From the NCBI GenBank assembly GCA_030390025.1, contig CM059446.1, positions 38,874,001-38,938,000 on the forward strand: a DNA stretch of 64,000 nucleotides, in the 5' to 3' direction. Source of the DNA: Squalus acanthias (Eukaryota). Below, in pieces: positions 47,323 to 59,998 of the stretch. Position 1 is the stretch's first letter. Each line of letters opens with the position of its first letter. The notes beneath the pieces were generated by a model that did no database searches, was not told the origin of the DNA, and was given only the letters and a program-made list of their open reading frames with translations. Position numbers and translations under genes: made by a program.

Positions 47323-47705
47323 AGGCATTTAAAATTGCAACCTGCAAGAAGGCAGTGGGATTGGTAGGGGTGGGTCACTCACTACAGCCATTTCACCTGC
47401 CTGCTTGGTTTCCGCCTTGCAGGCAAAGTTAAACTCGTCACTCGTGTCTCGATTTCTGAATAAAGCTTTACAAAGCTCACAATCTCAAATGCCACCTTTG
47501 TGGAGATGGTTCAAACCTGTTTACATACGTAAAATGTGTGGCTGGACTACTTAAGCAATTTCTTAACTCCAGTTGTTACAAAAGTATATATTGTTCTCCA
47601 TATGCTTAATAAGTGCATTATGAAATATTGTTATGCATACCAGTGTGGATGAAACTCATTGGGATACTACCTATACCTCCAAATACGTGAGAGTACTGTA
47701 TATTA

Positions 47706-48675
47706 CATAGAATATACAGCACAGAAACAGGCCATACATCCCAACTAGTCTGTGCTGGTGTTTATACTCCACACAAGTCTCCTCCCATTCCATCTGCCTC
47801 ATCTCAGCCTTTCAGCATATATTTCTATTCCCTTTTCTCTCATGTACTCATCTAGTTTCCTTTTGAAAGCATCTAGGCTATTTGTCTCAACCACTTCCAC
47901 ATTCTAACCACTCTCTGAGTAAAGACATTTCTCCTTATTTCCCTATTGTATTTATGGCCCCTAGTTTTGGATTATCCCACAAATGGAAACATTCATTTCA
48001 CATCTACCCCATCCAACCCCTTCATAATTTTGAAGAACTCTATCAGGTCTCCTTTAAGTCTTCTCTTTTCTAAAGAAAAAAGCCCCAATCTGTTCAATCT
48101 TTCCCGATAGCAATTCTAGTACCACCCTTGTAAATCTTTTTTGCACTTTCTCCAGTGCTTCTATCACCTTTTTATAGTATGCAGACCAGAACCAGGGTCC
48201 TATATAGGTTTAACATAACTTCACTACTCTTGATTTCTATACCCCTAGAAATAAATCCCAGTGCTTTGCTGACTTGCGATGCTGCTTTTAATGATTTGCT
48301 CACCTGTATCCCTCGATCCCTTTGCGCTTCTACCCCATTCCGTTTCTTATTTTCTAAGGTGTAGGTGATGTTTCTGTTTTTCCTACCAAAGTGCATCACC
48401 TCACAATTATCTATGTTAAAGTTCATTTGCCACTTAACTGCCCAGTCTGCAAGTTTTCTAATGTCTTATTGTATAATGTTGCATTCTTCCTCAGTTTTAG
48501 TTGTACCTCCCAGTTTGGTTTCATCTGCAAATTTTGATCTTGAGTTACTTATTACTAAGTCCAAATCATTAATGTAAACTATGAATAACAGTGGTCCCAG
48601 CACTGATCCTTGTGGAACACCACTTTCTACCATCCTCTAATCTGAAACCCTTTACCCCTACTCCCTGCTTTCTAT
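47706..48675 (-). mobile_element. Older CR1 LINE 3' fragment
   Basis: VPQGSVLGPLLF, KFADETK, MNFNIDNCEVMHFGRKN, LYRTLV. Confidence 0.85.
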
Positions 48676-48724
48676 TTTTTTGCCACTCGTTTAATCTAAC
48701 ATTTTGACTTCTATTTATTTATTT

Positions 48725-49048
48725 TTGAATTTGTTCTTGGAATGCGGGTAACACTGGCATCGCAGCATTTATTGGCCATCCCAATTTGCCTGAGGACATT
48801 GAGAGTCAACTACCTCGTGTGGGACTGGAATCCCACATAGGCTAGATCAGGTGGGAGTGGCAGGCCCCTTCCCTGAAAGCCAATAATGGGTTTTTATGAC
48901 AATCCAGAATTTTTCATGATTATTTTTTTGGTGCTAACCTACAGATTACCAGATTTATTCAATTTGATTTCACAATTTCCTATGGTTTGATTTAAACACG
49001 CAACTTCTGGATTACTAGTTCAGCACCATAACCAGGAGGCTACCATGC
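48725..49048 (-). mobile_element. Diverged tRNA-headed SINE-like repeat (different family)
   Basis: Minus-strand head ggcatggtagcctcctggttatggtgctgaactagtaatccag...gttgcgtgtttaaatc; a similar head occurs at 63938-64000. Confidence 0.5.
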
Positions 49049-49228
49049 CCATTACTTCACTCCAAACTGAATCCTATCTGCCTGCCTACAAGACCAGACC
49101 CAAGTGTTACTTGTGATGCTTGTAAGGTAATTATTGTTAATTAATTAAAGTGAAGCGGTGGGAGATTGCAGGCTGGAAAATGCAGAAGCAAAATTTATCT
49201 GTACTTGCCTTGAAGAAATTAACTGACA

Positions 49229-49700
49229 GTGTCAGCCATGGCTCAGTGGGTAGCAACCATGCCTCTGCGTCAGAAGGTTGTGGGTTCAAGTCCCACTCCA
49301 GAGACTTAAGCACAAATATCTAGGCTAACAATCCAGTGCCATTCTGAGGGATTGCTGCACTGTCGGAGGTGCTGCCTTTTGGTTGAGACATTAAACCGAG
49401 GCCCTGTCTGCTCTCTCAGGTGGACGTAAAAGATTCCATGGTGCTATTTTGAAGAAGAGCAGGGGAGTTATCCCTGGTGTCCTGGCCAATATTTATTCCT
49501 CAATCAACAACACCAGAACAGATTATCTGGTCATTATCACAGTGCCGTTTGTGGGAGCTTGCTGTGTGCAAATTGGCTGCCGTGTTTCCTACATTGCAAC
49601 AGTGACTACACATCAGGAAGTACTTCATTGGCTGTAAAGTGCTTTGGGAAGTCCGGTGGTCGTGAAAGGCGCTGTCTAAATGCAAGTCCTTCTTTCTTCT
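49229..49700 (+). mobile_element. Deu-domain SINE, full length
   Basis: A box tggctcagtgg, B box ggttcaagtcc, Deu core, L2-like tail. Confidence 0.92.
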
Positions 49701-51777
49701 GTTGCGTTTTGCAATCTTTTTCTCTAACTTCTAAGAACGGGAGTTAATGTAATTTTTACTGAAGGATTATATTTTCACATCAGATTGTTTTATTCTACAC
49801 GGAGGGAAGCACATACAGGAAACAGTATACTGATAAACCACACTATTGTAGTGAATGTTGTAAGCAGTGAACTAACAAAGATTCATACAGAAGAGGGACT
49901 CATCGTTCCGTAGAAATATAAATTACCCCCATCACATTATCCAACTGCCTCTTGGATGACTTCTGAGCTTTTCCCTCCACTACCCTCTCCAACTGTGGCG
50001 ACTGGTGACCTTTTTGATAGGTGAGGCACAGTTATACATGCCTAACCAAGCCAGTGCATTACCATGGCAACGGGCCCTTCCTGTGGAATCCCACCACCAA
50101 CCTTGTAAGCTAAATGAGGCTCGGGGTTGTCTAATGTACAGTGACCAATAAATCCATCCTGGGAACTTTCCTGCGGGGAGTCCTCCATCACATTGTCCTT
50201 TAGTCAGGAAAAGAAAATCAGGCAGGCCAGCGGGCTTTAATTTAATAGCAGGGCCGGGAACTTTCCAGCTGGACATCCTCCTTCACATTGCCACGGTAAG
50301 TCGGGAAAAGAAAAGCGGGCGGCCGATAAATTTAAATATATCCAGATTTAAATACCCGCAACTTCCATCTGGCAGTCTGTGCAGGATCCCAGGTGAGTCA
50401 GTGTCTCACTTGCCTCACCTAATGAGCCGTCTTTGTTACCCACAGGACTGTTCCAGGTATTAAGCTCGCTTCATGTGAGGTGCCTCCTGACATCAGCCCT
50501 GAACTTGCCTTTTGCCAGCTTTTACCCATGTTCACTTGCTCTGCAGTCTTGGTTTAACTTGAAATAGTGCTCAGGATTAATTTTTTCTATTGCATTAGTA
50601 GCTGATGTACTTCTAGAAGGTTCCCTTTTGTTATACGCAAGCCCAATCTCCCATAATGTCACATACGCTTATCTGGAGTATACAGTTAAGAGGAGGGCAT
50701 ATCAAGAATGCCGAAGTATAAGAACTCAATTTATTTTTCTTTTAAATCAGAATTTAAATTTTAGGATACCTAAGAACTACAGCAAGATTCTGGAGCACAG
50801 TGTTTACACTGACTTCCCTTTAGCAATTAGGTGAATAATTTGTGAAAGCATTTAATCTATTTAAAATAAATGGGTTGGCACTACCACAAACTCTAACTGT
50901 GGGGCCTATATGCTTACAATGTTTTAAATTCTGACACTAAATAAATCTAGGTAAAAAGTGACTGGCAATGAAAAGAAATTAAGCTTCACTTAAATGGACC
51001 ATAGTGAAAAGATTTGCATTAAAGAAACACATCTTAGTTTGTAAACGTTCCCAAAGCAACCCCCCTGCCCTGTAAAAGGCACAATACAATTATTGATAAC
51101 CTTAGTATGAATAAAATGCACTCAGATTAATACTGGCATGCATGTAGATCAATATTGTGTTAGAGTATGGATTAACCACCATTACTTTCCTGTAGAGATG
51201 AATCTGAGTAAATAAAATAACACTTGTTTGAAATGCTGTCTGGGGATTAGTTTTTGTATGTGAGCATTGTGAGGCATTTGGCTCTCGTTTCACAGGCAAA
51301 CATTGTCAGCCTACATGAACAATGGACAGAGCTGCTGCTGCTGCTTCTGTTCATGAGGAAATGGGAAGTCCAGCACGGACCAGGTGCTTTTATTGTGGTA
51401 GCAAAGGTTAGACATTATAAAGTCATCAAACGCAAATTATAAGACTATTCATTACTGTCTAGACTTGAATTATTAGGGATATTGCCTCTTGACCCAGTTA
51501 CTTGCTCATTGTTCTTTTTCCTTCCCTTCACTAACCCTCGTTTGCATTTGACCTTTGGCATGGCCCCAGTATTTAGTTAGAGACGCAAGTACAAAAAAGA
51601 AGTAATTATCAAATTTTTCCCAACTCCCTTGCAGTAATTTCGACATTACATTATTGTATTTTCATTATTCAAAATTCTTATCATAGTGAATTGCAACAGA
51701 AGTCATTCAGTGAATCACATTCACATTTTAATATATGCGTACATTCTCAGTTATAAATGTAATCCTATTGAAATATA

Positions 51778-51894
51778 AGGGTGAATTCACCAATCCCAAA
51801 CTCCCAGCGGGGAGCTACACTTGAAGGGAGTGTTGTATTCCTAACTTTGACCTGTGCTCCCTTTGAGCATGTGTCGGATCAGTGAATTTACCCC
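51778..51894. mobile_element. Short MITE-like element
   Basis: agggtgaattcac ... gtgaatttacccc inverted termini. Confidence 0.5.
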
Positions 51895-52344
51895 ATGATT
51901 TATTTAAAGTTATAACTGCACTCTAACAATTCTCCATAAATATTACCGCCGAAAATTAAAAACAGAACCTGAAACATTAGCCCCAAATCTAACTCAGCTC
52001 TCAAACTAATACCAACTGAATTTATCATCTTGACTCCCAACAGCATTAACAGTAATACCTAATCCTGCCTAAGACAGTATCGAACACCAGACAGCCAGCT
52101 ACAATAATATTTAAAATAAAGATGCTACAGTTTGGTGAGGACAAAGCAAGCAAGTATTTGAAAGAATACTTTCTCCACTGGTGTTCCAGACATCTGACTC
52201 TGAATAAGCTTAATCAGCTGAGAAATATCTTTTATAGTGAGTCATTACCTTGTCCTAACCCCCGGAGCCTTGGCTTTTTGTGGCTTAGTGACTGACTCCT
52301 TGTGCCTCATTTCATTGAGGATTATCACCAATGTTTCAATTACC

Positions 52345-52505
52345 GTTGAACTCTACAAACTGGTGAAAGGGAAATTTAGGCCTAATGTCAGGAAGTCCTT
52401 GACGTAAAGAATAATGAGCACTTGGAATGGACTTCCAGGTGGGTTAGAGGAGGCAAAAGCCTTGGGGTCACTTAAAAGACACTCGGACGCCTTGATGAGG
52501 AGACT
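52345..52505 (+). mobile_element. Highly diverged CR1 3' fragment
   Basis: YKLVKGKFR.NVRK...WNGLP...VRGG-like remnants. Confidence 0.55.
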
Positions 52506-53115
52506 CTAGGGCTAATCCCGCACTCCTAGTGAGGAGCAGTTCCCAAGGGCAGGGCAATGCAGTAGCACAGTCTGCAATTTTCCATCCGTTAATTTTAATG
52601 GATGGGATATCCTGGGCTTTGCCCCCTCAATGGCTGTAAAAGTTGCGAAAATAGGCAGCGTGTCGGGAACCCGCCGTCATCCCACCTTCTTGCGCCTTTA
52701 ACTCGGACGCGTTTCCCAGCGCGCCACGGATCTGATCGGGAGAGGTCGGCACCCTAATTAAGCTCATTAAATGCAAGTTATCAGACCCTTAACAGGGTTT
52801 TTAACGGCCTGAGCATGGGAAGCACGCAGCTCGCGAACCTCACCTGTGAAGGGGAGGCGGAAGCTCAGTGGCCATTGTGCGAGGGCATTAATTGACAGCT
52901 GGGAATACCAGATAAATAGACACACCTTACATCCCATTGGTTGCCTAAGGGAAAGGCTCTTGCTGACTCCATTTTGTGCACAGATTTAGGTTTCTGGAGT
53001 TTGCAGGTCATTTTTGCAACCTTGGAAGCCGCTCTCAGCACATTGCTGGTCAGTATTAGAACACTGAGGGATTGGCCCTCTGATCACTACTTGATCTGCC
53101 ATCTACGACATCAGC

Positions 53116-54326
53116 ATGGGTGCCACTTATACTGTCTCACCTTGGTCCTCAGAATAGGACCAAGATGAACCCCACCACCAACAACACCAGCCACACCAGC
53201 AGCAACAACAGCAGCAACCACAACATCATCCTGCTCCTCAACGACCTGATGCGCCACGGGAGAGGGGGGCACCACAGGGCTGCAGCACGCTGGAGGCGAT
53301 ACCCCCAACACAGGGTATACAGGCAGAGGATAAGCTTCCTCAACATGACTGAACAGCAGTCCTTCAGGAGACTCAGGCTATCGCGCCAGGTCGTCGCAGA
53401 CATTTGTAGCTTGCTGGAACAAGACCTGCTGCCCAGAGGTCCTGGTGGACACTCCTTGCCAATGGCTGTCAAAGTCACCACCGGCCTCAACTTCTTTGCT
53501 GCAGGCTCCTTCCAGGGATCTGCAGCAGACATTTGCGGGGTCTCGCAGTCGGCCATCCACAGATACATCACACAGGTCACCGATGCCCTGTTTCACAAGT
53601 CAGCCAATGATATCAACTTTGCCACTGATGAAGCCAGTGTTACTGAGCGGGCGCTCAGCTTTGTCGCTCTGGCTGGCTTCCCACAGGTGCAGGGCATCAT
53701 CGACTGCACACATATGCCCATGAAGGCACCCCATCATCACCCAGGAGTGTTTGTCAACCGCAAAAGCTTCCACTCCCTCAATGTGCAGCTCGTCTGCAAC
53801 CATAAAAAGATGATCATGCATGTGTGTGCCAGATTCCCTGCAGCTGTCATGACTCTTTCGTGCAGCACCAGTCCACCACCCCTCAGCTCTTCGCACCTCC
53901 AAACAGACTTACCGGCTGGCTGTTTGGAGACAAGGGCTATCCACTGAAGACGTGGTTTGTGACACCCCTGAGGAGGCCAAGTACTGAAGCCGAGGAGCGT
54001 TATAATGAAAGCCACATCTCCACCAGATGTGTCATAGAGCAAGCAATAGGCATGCTGAAGATGCACTTCAGATGCCTTGACAGATCTGGAGTAAGCACCA
54101 GCCAGAGTCTCCAGAATCATCGTCATCTGCTGTGCGCTGCACAACATAGCGCAGCAGCGATGATTGGAGCTGCAGGAGGAGCATGGCGCACATCACACAG
54201 ACTCTTCGGAGGAGGAGGAGGACGAGCAGGTGGAAGACGAGGAGGAGGAGGAAGCTGAGATGCTGATACCACTAGCAGCGGCGCACATTGCTGCCCGGGA
54301 GGCCCGGGATGGCCAGATTTACTTAA
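53116..54326 (+). pseudogene. Harbinger DDE transposase (HARBI1-related family), disrupted
   Basis: [65 protein letters not shown], acidic tail; internal stop and frameshifts. Confidence 0.93.
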
Positions 54327-54579
54327 CTTGCTCCAATTCAGCCACATGGCTGCCACATGCTGTACTAAGCTCCCTCCACCAACAACACCATAAAGCATCT
54401 CTACAATGACCAATCCATTGCTCTCACCCAAAGCCCCAATGCTCGAGGTTAAATAATGTAACACCATTCACCCCAAGTGACAAAGCCACTTCCATGGTTT
54501 AAGGTAAAGATGGACAAGACCCGAAAGTGGTGCAAAGAAAAACATTTATGTGTACAGTCAAAACAACTGAAACTTAGCA

Positions 54580-57080
54580 CTAACATTTGTTGATACACCC
54601 ATGTGCATAGCCTTGTGCATCTATTTTTCTTTTGCGAGTGCTTCTACGAGGTGCCACCCCTGTGGCTTCAGCAGAGGTAGTTGCAGGCTGCTCACTTCCC
54701 TGTTGCGACTGGTTAGACACTTTTGGCAGACGTCCTCTGGGTTTTGGAGCCTGTGATGGTCTTGCTAAAGTCTGCTCCTCCTGCGACTGTGCAGGGGCAG
54801 ACTCGGCCATCGCGATCTGAGAAAGCATCTGGGGCTCTGACTGAGGGGGAGGCAATGGAGGAGAAGTGGGAGCACTTTGAGAAGAGCCCCCAGTTCCATG
54901 TCCCCTCTGACCATCATCCCTCTCATGGGCCACCCACACCTCCCTGCTAGCAAGGAGCTGGCGAGCAACTTGCTGCACAGCAGTGGGGCGATGAAGGCCC
55001 AAGTCAACGTTTACATCCCTCCTTGAGAGGAGATCTATGAGCGCCTGCCATCTGTTGTCCACAGCTAGCACGTTCAGTCCGTAAGGGGGACCCCGAGCTC
55101 CCGGTCGCCTGTCACTTTAATTCACCGCTTCACTCCCACTCTGACCTCACCGTCCTCGGCCTATTACACTGTTCCACGGAAGCGCAGCGTAAGCTCGAGG
55201 AACAGCAGCTCATCTTTCGTTTAGGCACGCTACAGCTCTCTGGACTCAATATCGAGTTCAACAATTTTAGATCATAACCTCAGCTCCAATCACATTTATA
55301 TTTTATTTTTTCCACCCTTTTATTTGCCCCCCCCCCCACCTTTTTTTTCCTCCTAGAAGCTGGCAGCTGTCCTTCATTCTGCCAGTGGATTTCACACTTC
55401 TTTCAGCCTTAATCTGTCACATTAACACCACCTCTAGCCTTGCATATCTCTTTAGGCCTCTTAATGTCTCTTCATCTCCCCCTTTGTTCTTTTATCCCCT
55501 CCCCCTTTCCCCAGCTTTACCCTGGCCTTAAATCTATTTGATTTCCGGCTCTTCCCAGTTCTGACGAAAGGTCATCGACCTGAAACGTTAACTCTCTTTC
55601 TCTCTCCATGGATGCTGCCTGGCCTGCTGAGTTTTTCCAGCATTTTCTGTTGTTATTTCAGATTTCCAGCATCCACAGTATTTTGCTATCGTGCTAGCAT
55701 GTTCTCGTTAGACTGGAGCATTTGCTGCTCCATGCAGGTGGCCATCCTTTCGATGGAAGAGCACATCATTGTCATCACCTGCGACATGGTGGTGCTTATG
55801 TTGGAGATGGACTCCTCCATTCTCTGCACATTTGCAGACATCGCGGCTGCAAAAGATGCCAGAGCCTCATCCAATTGCTGCTGCCCCTCCAAGATCACCC
55901 TCTTTCTGGATGGCCCCCGAGGCTCAGCTTCTGCATGCAGTTCAGCAGAGCTTGGAGCGTCCTGCACCCACCGGCGAGGAGTCTCCACTGCTGTCCCTGT
56001 CAACACCACCTGCCCTTGCTCACTTGTGAATTGTGAGACACCAGGTGATAACTCTACTCCATGGGGCAAAGGACCCACCGAGGTGTGTGTATCTGCGCTG
56101 GTGCTGGATGAGCTTGGGTCTGCTGACACTGCACCCTCAGACGGTGCAGGTTCCTCTGAGGAATCGTCTTCCTCCTCTGGCTAGACAGTGGTGGGGGGCA
56201 GTTGATGGACCTGTGGGAGAGTAAAGAGATGAATTCGAAGTGTTTAATAAGAATGGGTAACGTTACCATTATGCACATGATGACATTTCACTGACTGCTG
56301 ACATCAGTCACAATATGGGTGACTGTTGTATGCCATGTGGCTTTATGAGATGTGATTCTGTCACCAGGTTGCTGGGATGTGCCCCTCTCTCCATATCCCA
56401 CCGCCAGCATCTCTCGAGCTCCTGAAATTTCCAGAGCCGCCTCCTCTGCTGCTGTGAGATGCACAGTCACTGGAGGGCCACCTCCGGTTCTCTGCCTCTC
56501 CCTGTTGTTGTGGGCTCTCTTCTCCTGCAAGGAGGGAAAGAAGAGAAGTTTGAGTGAGCGTGATGGAATGAGTGTAAGGAATGGATGGGTTACATATGTA
56601 GAGGGAGACTATGAGGGAGTGGGGTGCCAATGCCAAATGGCCTCCTTCTGTGGTGTTACTTGCTATGACTGCAATACGATGAGGGTGAGTGTAAGGGGTG
56701 GTTAGTCAGATGGGGATGTGAGTATGTGCAAGGTATGTTGGTGTGAGAAATGATGTGCAGGAGTAGGCTTGGGAAGGCAGAGTGATGGGAATGTGTTGAC
56801 AGGCACTTCAGGATGAGGGTGAGTGTGGCATTGCACTCACCTTTCCTGACCTCCTGAGATCATTGAAGCCCTTCCTGCACTGTATCCAGGTCCTCCTCAC
56901 CAGATCCCTGCTGCTGACCTCCTCAGCAATATCCAGCCAGGCTCTCTTTGTTCCTTGTGGAGGTCTCCTTTGCCTGTCAGCAGGGAAGAGGACCTCCCTG
57001 CGTGCTCTGACAGCCTCCACAAGAGTATGCAATGAAGAATCAGAGAACTGGGGTGCAGCCCTCTGCCTTAGGCTATCCAT
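54580..57080 (-). pseudogene. Harbinger Myb/SANT-like (trihelix/MSANTD-type) gene: exon 1 57080-56841, exon 2 56524-56365, exon 3 56210 to about 54580 (interrupted by Penelope)
   Basis: MDSLRQRAAPQFSDSSL..LVEAV..RREVLF...RAWLDIAEEVS...RRTWIQCRKGFNDL; canonical aag|gtgagt, ttgcag|, ctg|gtgaca and cccacag| sites; basic C-terminus RRSTRKRK. Confidence 0.88.
55071..55692 (+). mobile_element. Penelope-like retroelement, 5'-truncated: GIY-YIG endonuclease C-terminus, 3' UTR and hammerhead-like motif
   Basis: 55071-55277 encodes RSVRKGDPELPVACHFNSPLHSHSDLTVLGLLHCSTEAQRKLEEQQLIFRLGTLQLSGLNIEFNNFRS*; CTGACGA..GAAACGTT at 55561-55589; TSD gctagca at 55064-55070 and 55693-55699. Confidence 0.9.
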
Positions 57081-57164
57081 GTTTGAAAAGTTTTAGCTGT
57101 ACTGTGGCCTTTCTTTCACACCTTCCACCCTCCTCTGGAAACCTTCAAGTGAGTTCAGTGCAAG

Positions 57165-57232
57165 GCTGCTTAAATATGGGCGCTCCATCGATGACGTCAT
57201 CAGACGTCATCAGACCCGCACCATTTAATAGG
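57165..57232 (-). promoter_or_regulatory. Putative promoter of the Harbinger Myb-like gene
   Basis: TATTTAA about 90 nt upstream of the ATG, preceded by a perfect TGACGTCA (57192-57199) and a second near-CRE; TGACGTCA also at 26695-26702 in the related element. Confidence 0.45.
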
Positions 57233-58239
57233 GCCGGGAAATGCGCATGACTCTTTCAATTGGGGCCATTCAGTAAAAGTCGCTCTGAGCAGCGCGTTGC
57301 TCAGAACATCGCGTTCCCGACCCGCTACGCCACCCCGCACGCACCCAACCCGACGCAAAGGTGAAAACTCCGGCCCGAAAGTTGCAGAGCAGCTCAATTT
57401 GACCGGACTGAAGAAAAGATAGTGAATTCCTCTGCTCTTACTTTAGGTGTCGTTTGGAGGGTGTTTAAATTCAAGAATGATGGGTATTCAGTTTAAGTTT
57501 CAATGTTTTGGTTGTAGTTAATGGTAGAAGAGCTTTGAGAAACGCAAGGTAAATATGACAATCTGATACTTCAAAGAGAATTAAACTACCTCAATAACAG
57601 AAATCACATGGAATAAATCTTAACATTGCTCAGCGGTGATATTTGCAGTGGTTGCCTGGCACTATGTGCTGCTTACAGTATTCCAATTATGGTGCATGCA
57701 GAATGCCTTTATTTTAAGTGGGTGTGTTGACTGTACAATCTGTTTACATGTGATGCTTGCCAAGAACGATATCAAGTTGCACGCTCGTCATGACACATGT
57801 TAAAGACAAACGGCATTCGAAAGATTTTAGGTTGATTTTCTAATCATTGTGGCTGGCGGTACTAGAATAGAATGGGCAGTCGTGGGGGGTGCAGGGGTGC
57901 GGGGGGTGGTGAATTAGGTGGAGATTATTCATGCCAGATCTCTAACCATTGTGCACGAACTTATAGCTGCACTTTTGGACCAGTATAAAGCGCTCAAGCA
58001 TAAAACATGGGCCCGCTTCCTCTTAACATTACACTCAATGGTAATGAGATGGCAATCAGTGCAGGTGCGATTATTCCATTTTTCAGTGGGCATGTACTGT
58101 GAGGTCAGATAGGCCATGTAAAAACAGATGATGAGGGTCAGTATTTAAAGAGGAAGTAGCTTTTATTTGGAGCATATATGTAGCTGGTATTTTTTCCTCC
58201 AGTATTTCCACTCAGTGATAGCGTATGTTTGATCTATAG

Positions 58240-59998
58240 TCTAACCTCGTTCTCCTTTTAGGTGCTTCTCCAGCGTCAGGAGTAAGTGAGATAGCTGGTT
58301 GTTGGGTGTGAGTGGGAGCCTCTTGGGTTGAGGTGGTCCTGTGCATTCTTGTGCTGGGTCATGAGGTGGTTCTGCAACTGAAGCCATCATATCTATTGTG
58401 GTGGCTGATTGGTCTGCCCACTTTCTGGCATATCTTTCATCATTTGGGTGGGCCACATCTGTCATTGCCCTGAGAAGCAGCAGCCTCATCCACGTCTACT
58501 CCATCCTTGTCCTTACTGCTGAGCACACCCTCAACCTATCTACTGATCTGCTCTCAGGATAGTAAAGCCATCTAATCACTCAGCTAATCAAACCAGATAT
58601 GCAACTCTGTTGTAGATCTGAGCACAAGACCTCTGTGGCAGCAGACCTGCGCATTCATGAAAAATACTCCTCAACTGACCTTGGGACCACAGTCACCGGG
58701 GACTGTGCTGCAAATGCCTCAGTGCTCCATTCTGGACTGCAGTTGTTAAGTGGTTATGCACGACTGAACACGTGGGTAGTGGACTCCTCCACAGTCAGCA
58801 CCAGACCTTGCAGGCAGCTTGGCACACTTTCTAATGCTGTCTCCATGAGGTCTGAATCTTCGCGGTGAGCAAAGAGGTGAGTTGGCCTCAGGCCAACAGG
58901 TTCCTTCTCTTGCTCTGCCACCACTACCTGCTGCTGCGCCCTGTATCGCCCAGTGCAGTGCATACAAACTTTCTAAATACCCTGGAATGGGTGTACCTGT
59001 GCTGGTGCTTGCTACGGAAGGAGTGAGTGACCCAGAGTGCCATAATATGTTGGATTCTTGGTTGCCATTGACACCTGCACCTGGTTCTTGGGCTTCATCT
59101 ACAGAAGTGAAAAAAAAACGTATGTTTGAATACTGACAGCAAAACAACCTTCAAACGGAGCGTACACAGCTAATAATGTGTCTCATGGCAGTGCTATGGA
59201 ACATGTATGTGTTTGTGAGTGAGTGAGTGGACGAACAACAGGGAAGGATGGCATTTGCTCTGAGATTCAAGGACGTCTCCAGCTTTATCCTGAAACACTC
59301 CCTCAAAGTATTTAAGTCCAAGGATGTTGATCAAGGCTTGTTCAAATTGGAGGTTCACTCCCTCTTGTTATGCACCACCTTGTCCTACAAGAAGAGAGGC
59401 AAGGGGGTATTGTGAAATATTGGCCAGCCTCACCTGACTATACTTCTTAATGCTATTAACCTTTTATCCCCATCTACTCCCATAACCGCTGACACACATA
59501 TTAACCCTCCTGCCAAGGAAAACCGAGTTCTCCTGTTGGGAGAAGAGCCGTGGTCCCCAAAACCGGGTAACCCTTAGGAACATAGGAACAGGAGTAGGTC
59601 ATTCAGCCCCTCGAGCCTGTTCCACCATTCAATCAGATCATGGCTGATCTGTATCTTAACTCCATCTACTTGCCTTGGTTCCCTAACACTTGCCTAACAA
59701 AAATCTATCAATCTCAGTTTTGAAATTTTCCATTGACCCCCAACCTCAACAACTTTTTGCATTTCTTGCGGAAGCCGTATCTGAAAATCGCGATACTTTT
59801 ATGCTATTGGTCAGCCATTTCCAAATTTCTACCCAGCAACAATCAAATAGCAGCTGCAACCCTTTAAGAGCTGCGACTGCATGCAATTTTCCAGTCACCG
59901 TTGATAGTAAGCTCCCACCGGCAGGCCTATTCTGAACCAGGAAATCACTGTGAATACTTAACGAGGCCAGCCTTGGGAAATCATGGGAGTTTTGGCCC
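58240..59998 (-). mobile_element. Ancient Harbinger relic (decayed Myb-like gene), interrupted by CR1
   Basis: RFSD start motif near 59790, cttcttgtag|DKVVHNKRE exon-2-like start near 59383, Ser/Thr-rich exon-3-like segment with VEEST, terminus ttttggccc. Confidence 0.5.
59575..59760 (-). mobile_element. CR1 3' UTR fragment
   Basis: aggaacataggaacaggagtaggtcattcagcccctcgagcctg. Confidence 0.85.

Larger units (their letters stand above)
52608..57376. mobile_element. PIF/Harbinger DNA transposon, near-complete decayed two-gene copy
   Basis: Transposase (+) convergent with 3-exon Myb/SANT gene (-); right TIR aaaactccggccc, degenerate left TIR tatcctgggcttt; subterminal inverted motif gcgtgtcgggaac / gttcccgacccgc. 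Confidence 0.9.

Noticed and set aside
51296-51383. 88-nt AG/GT-bounded candidate exon (ANIVSLHEQWTELLLLLL...)
   Set aside because: Weak donor (gtgctt), unrecognised peptide, and no partner exons; RNA-seq would be required.
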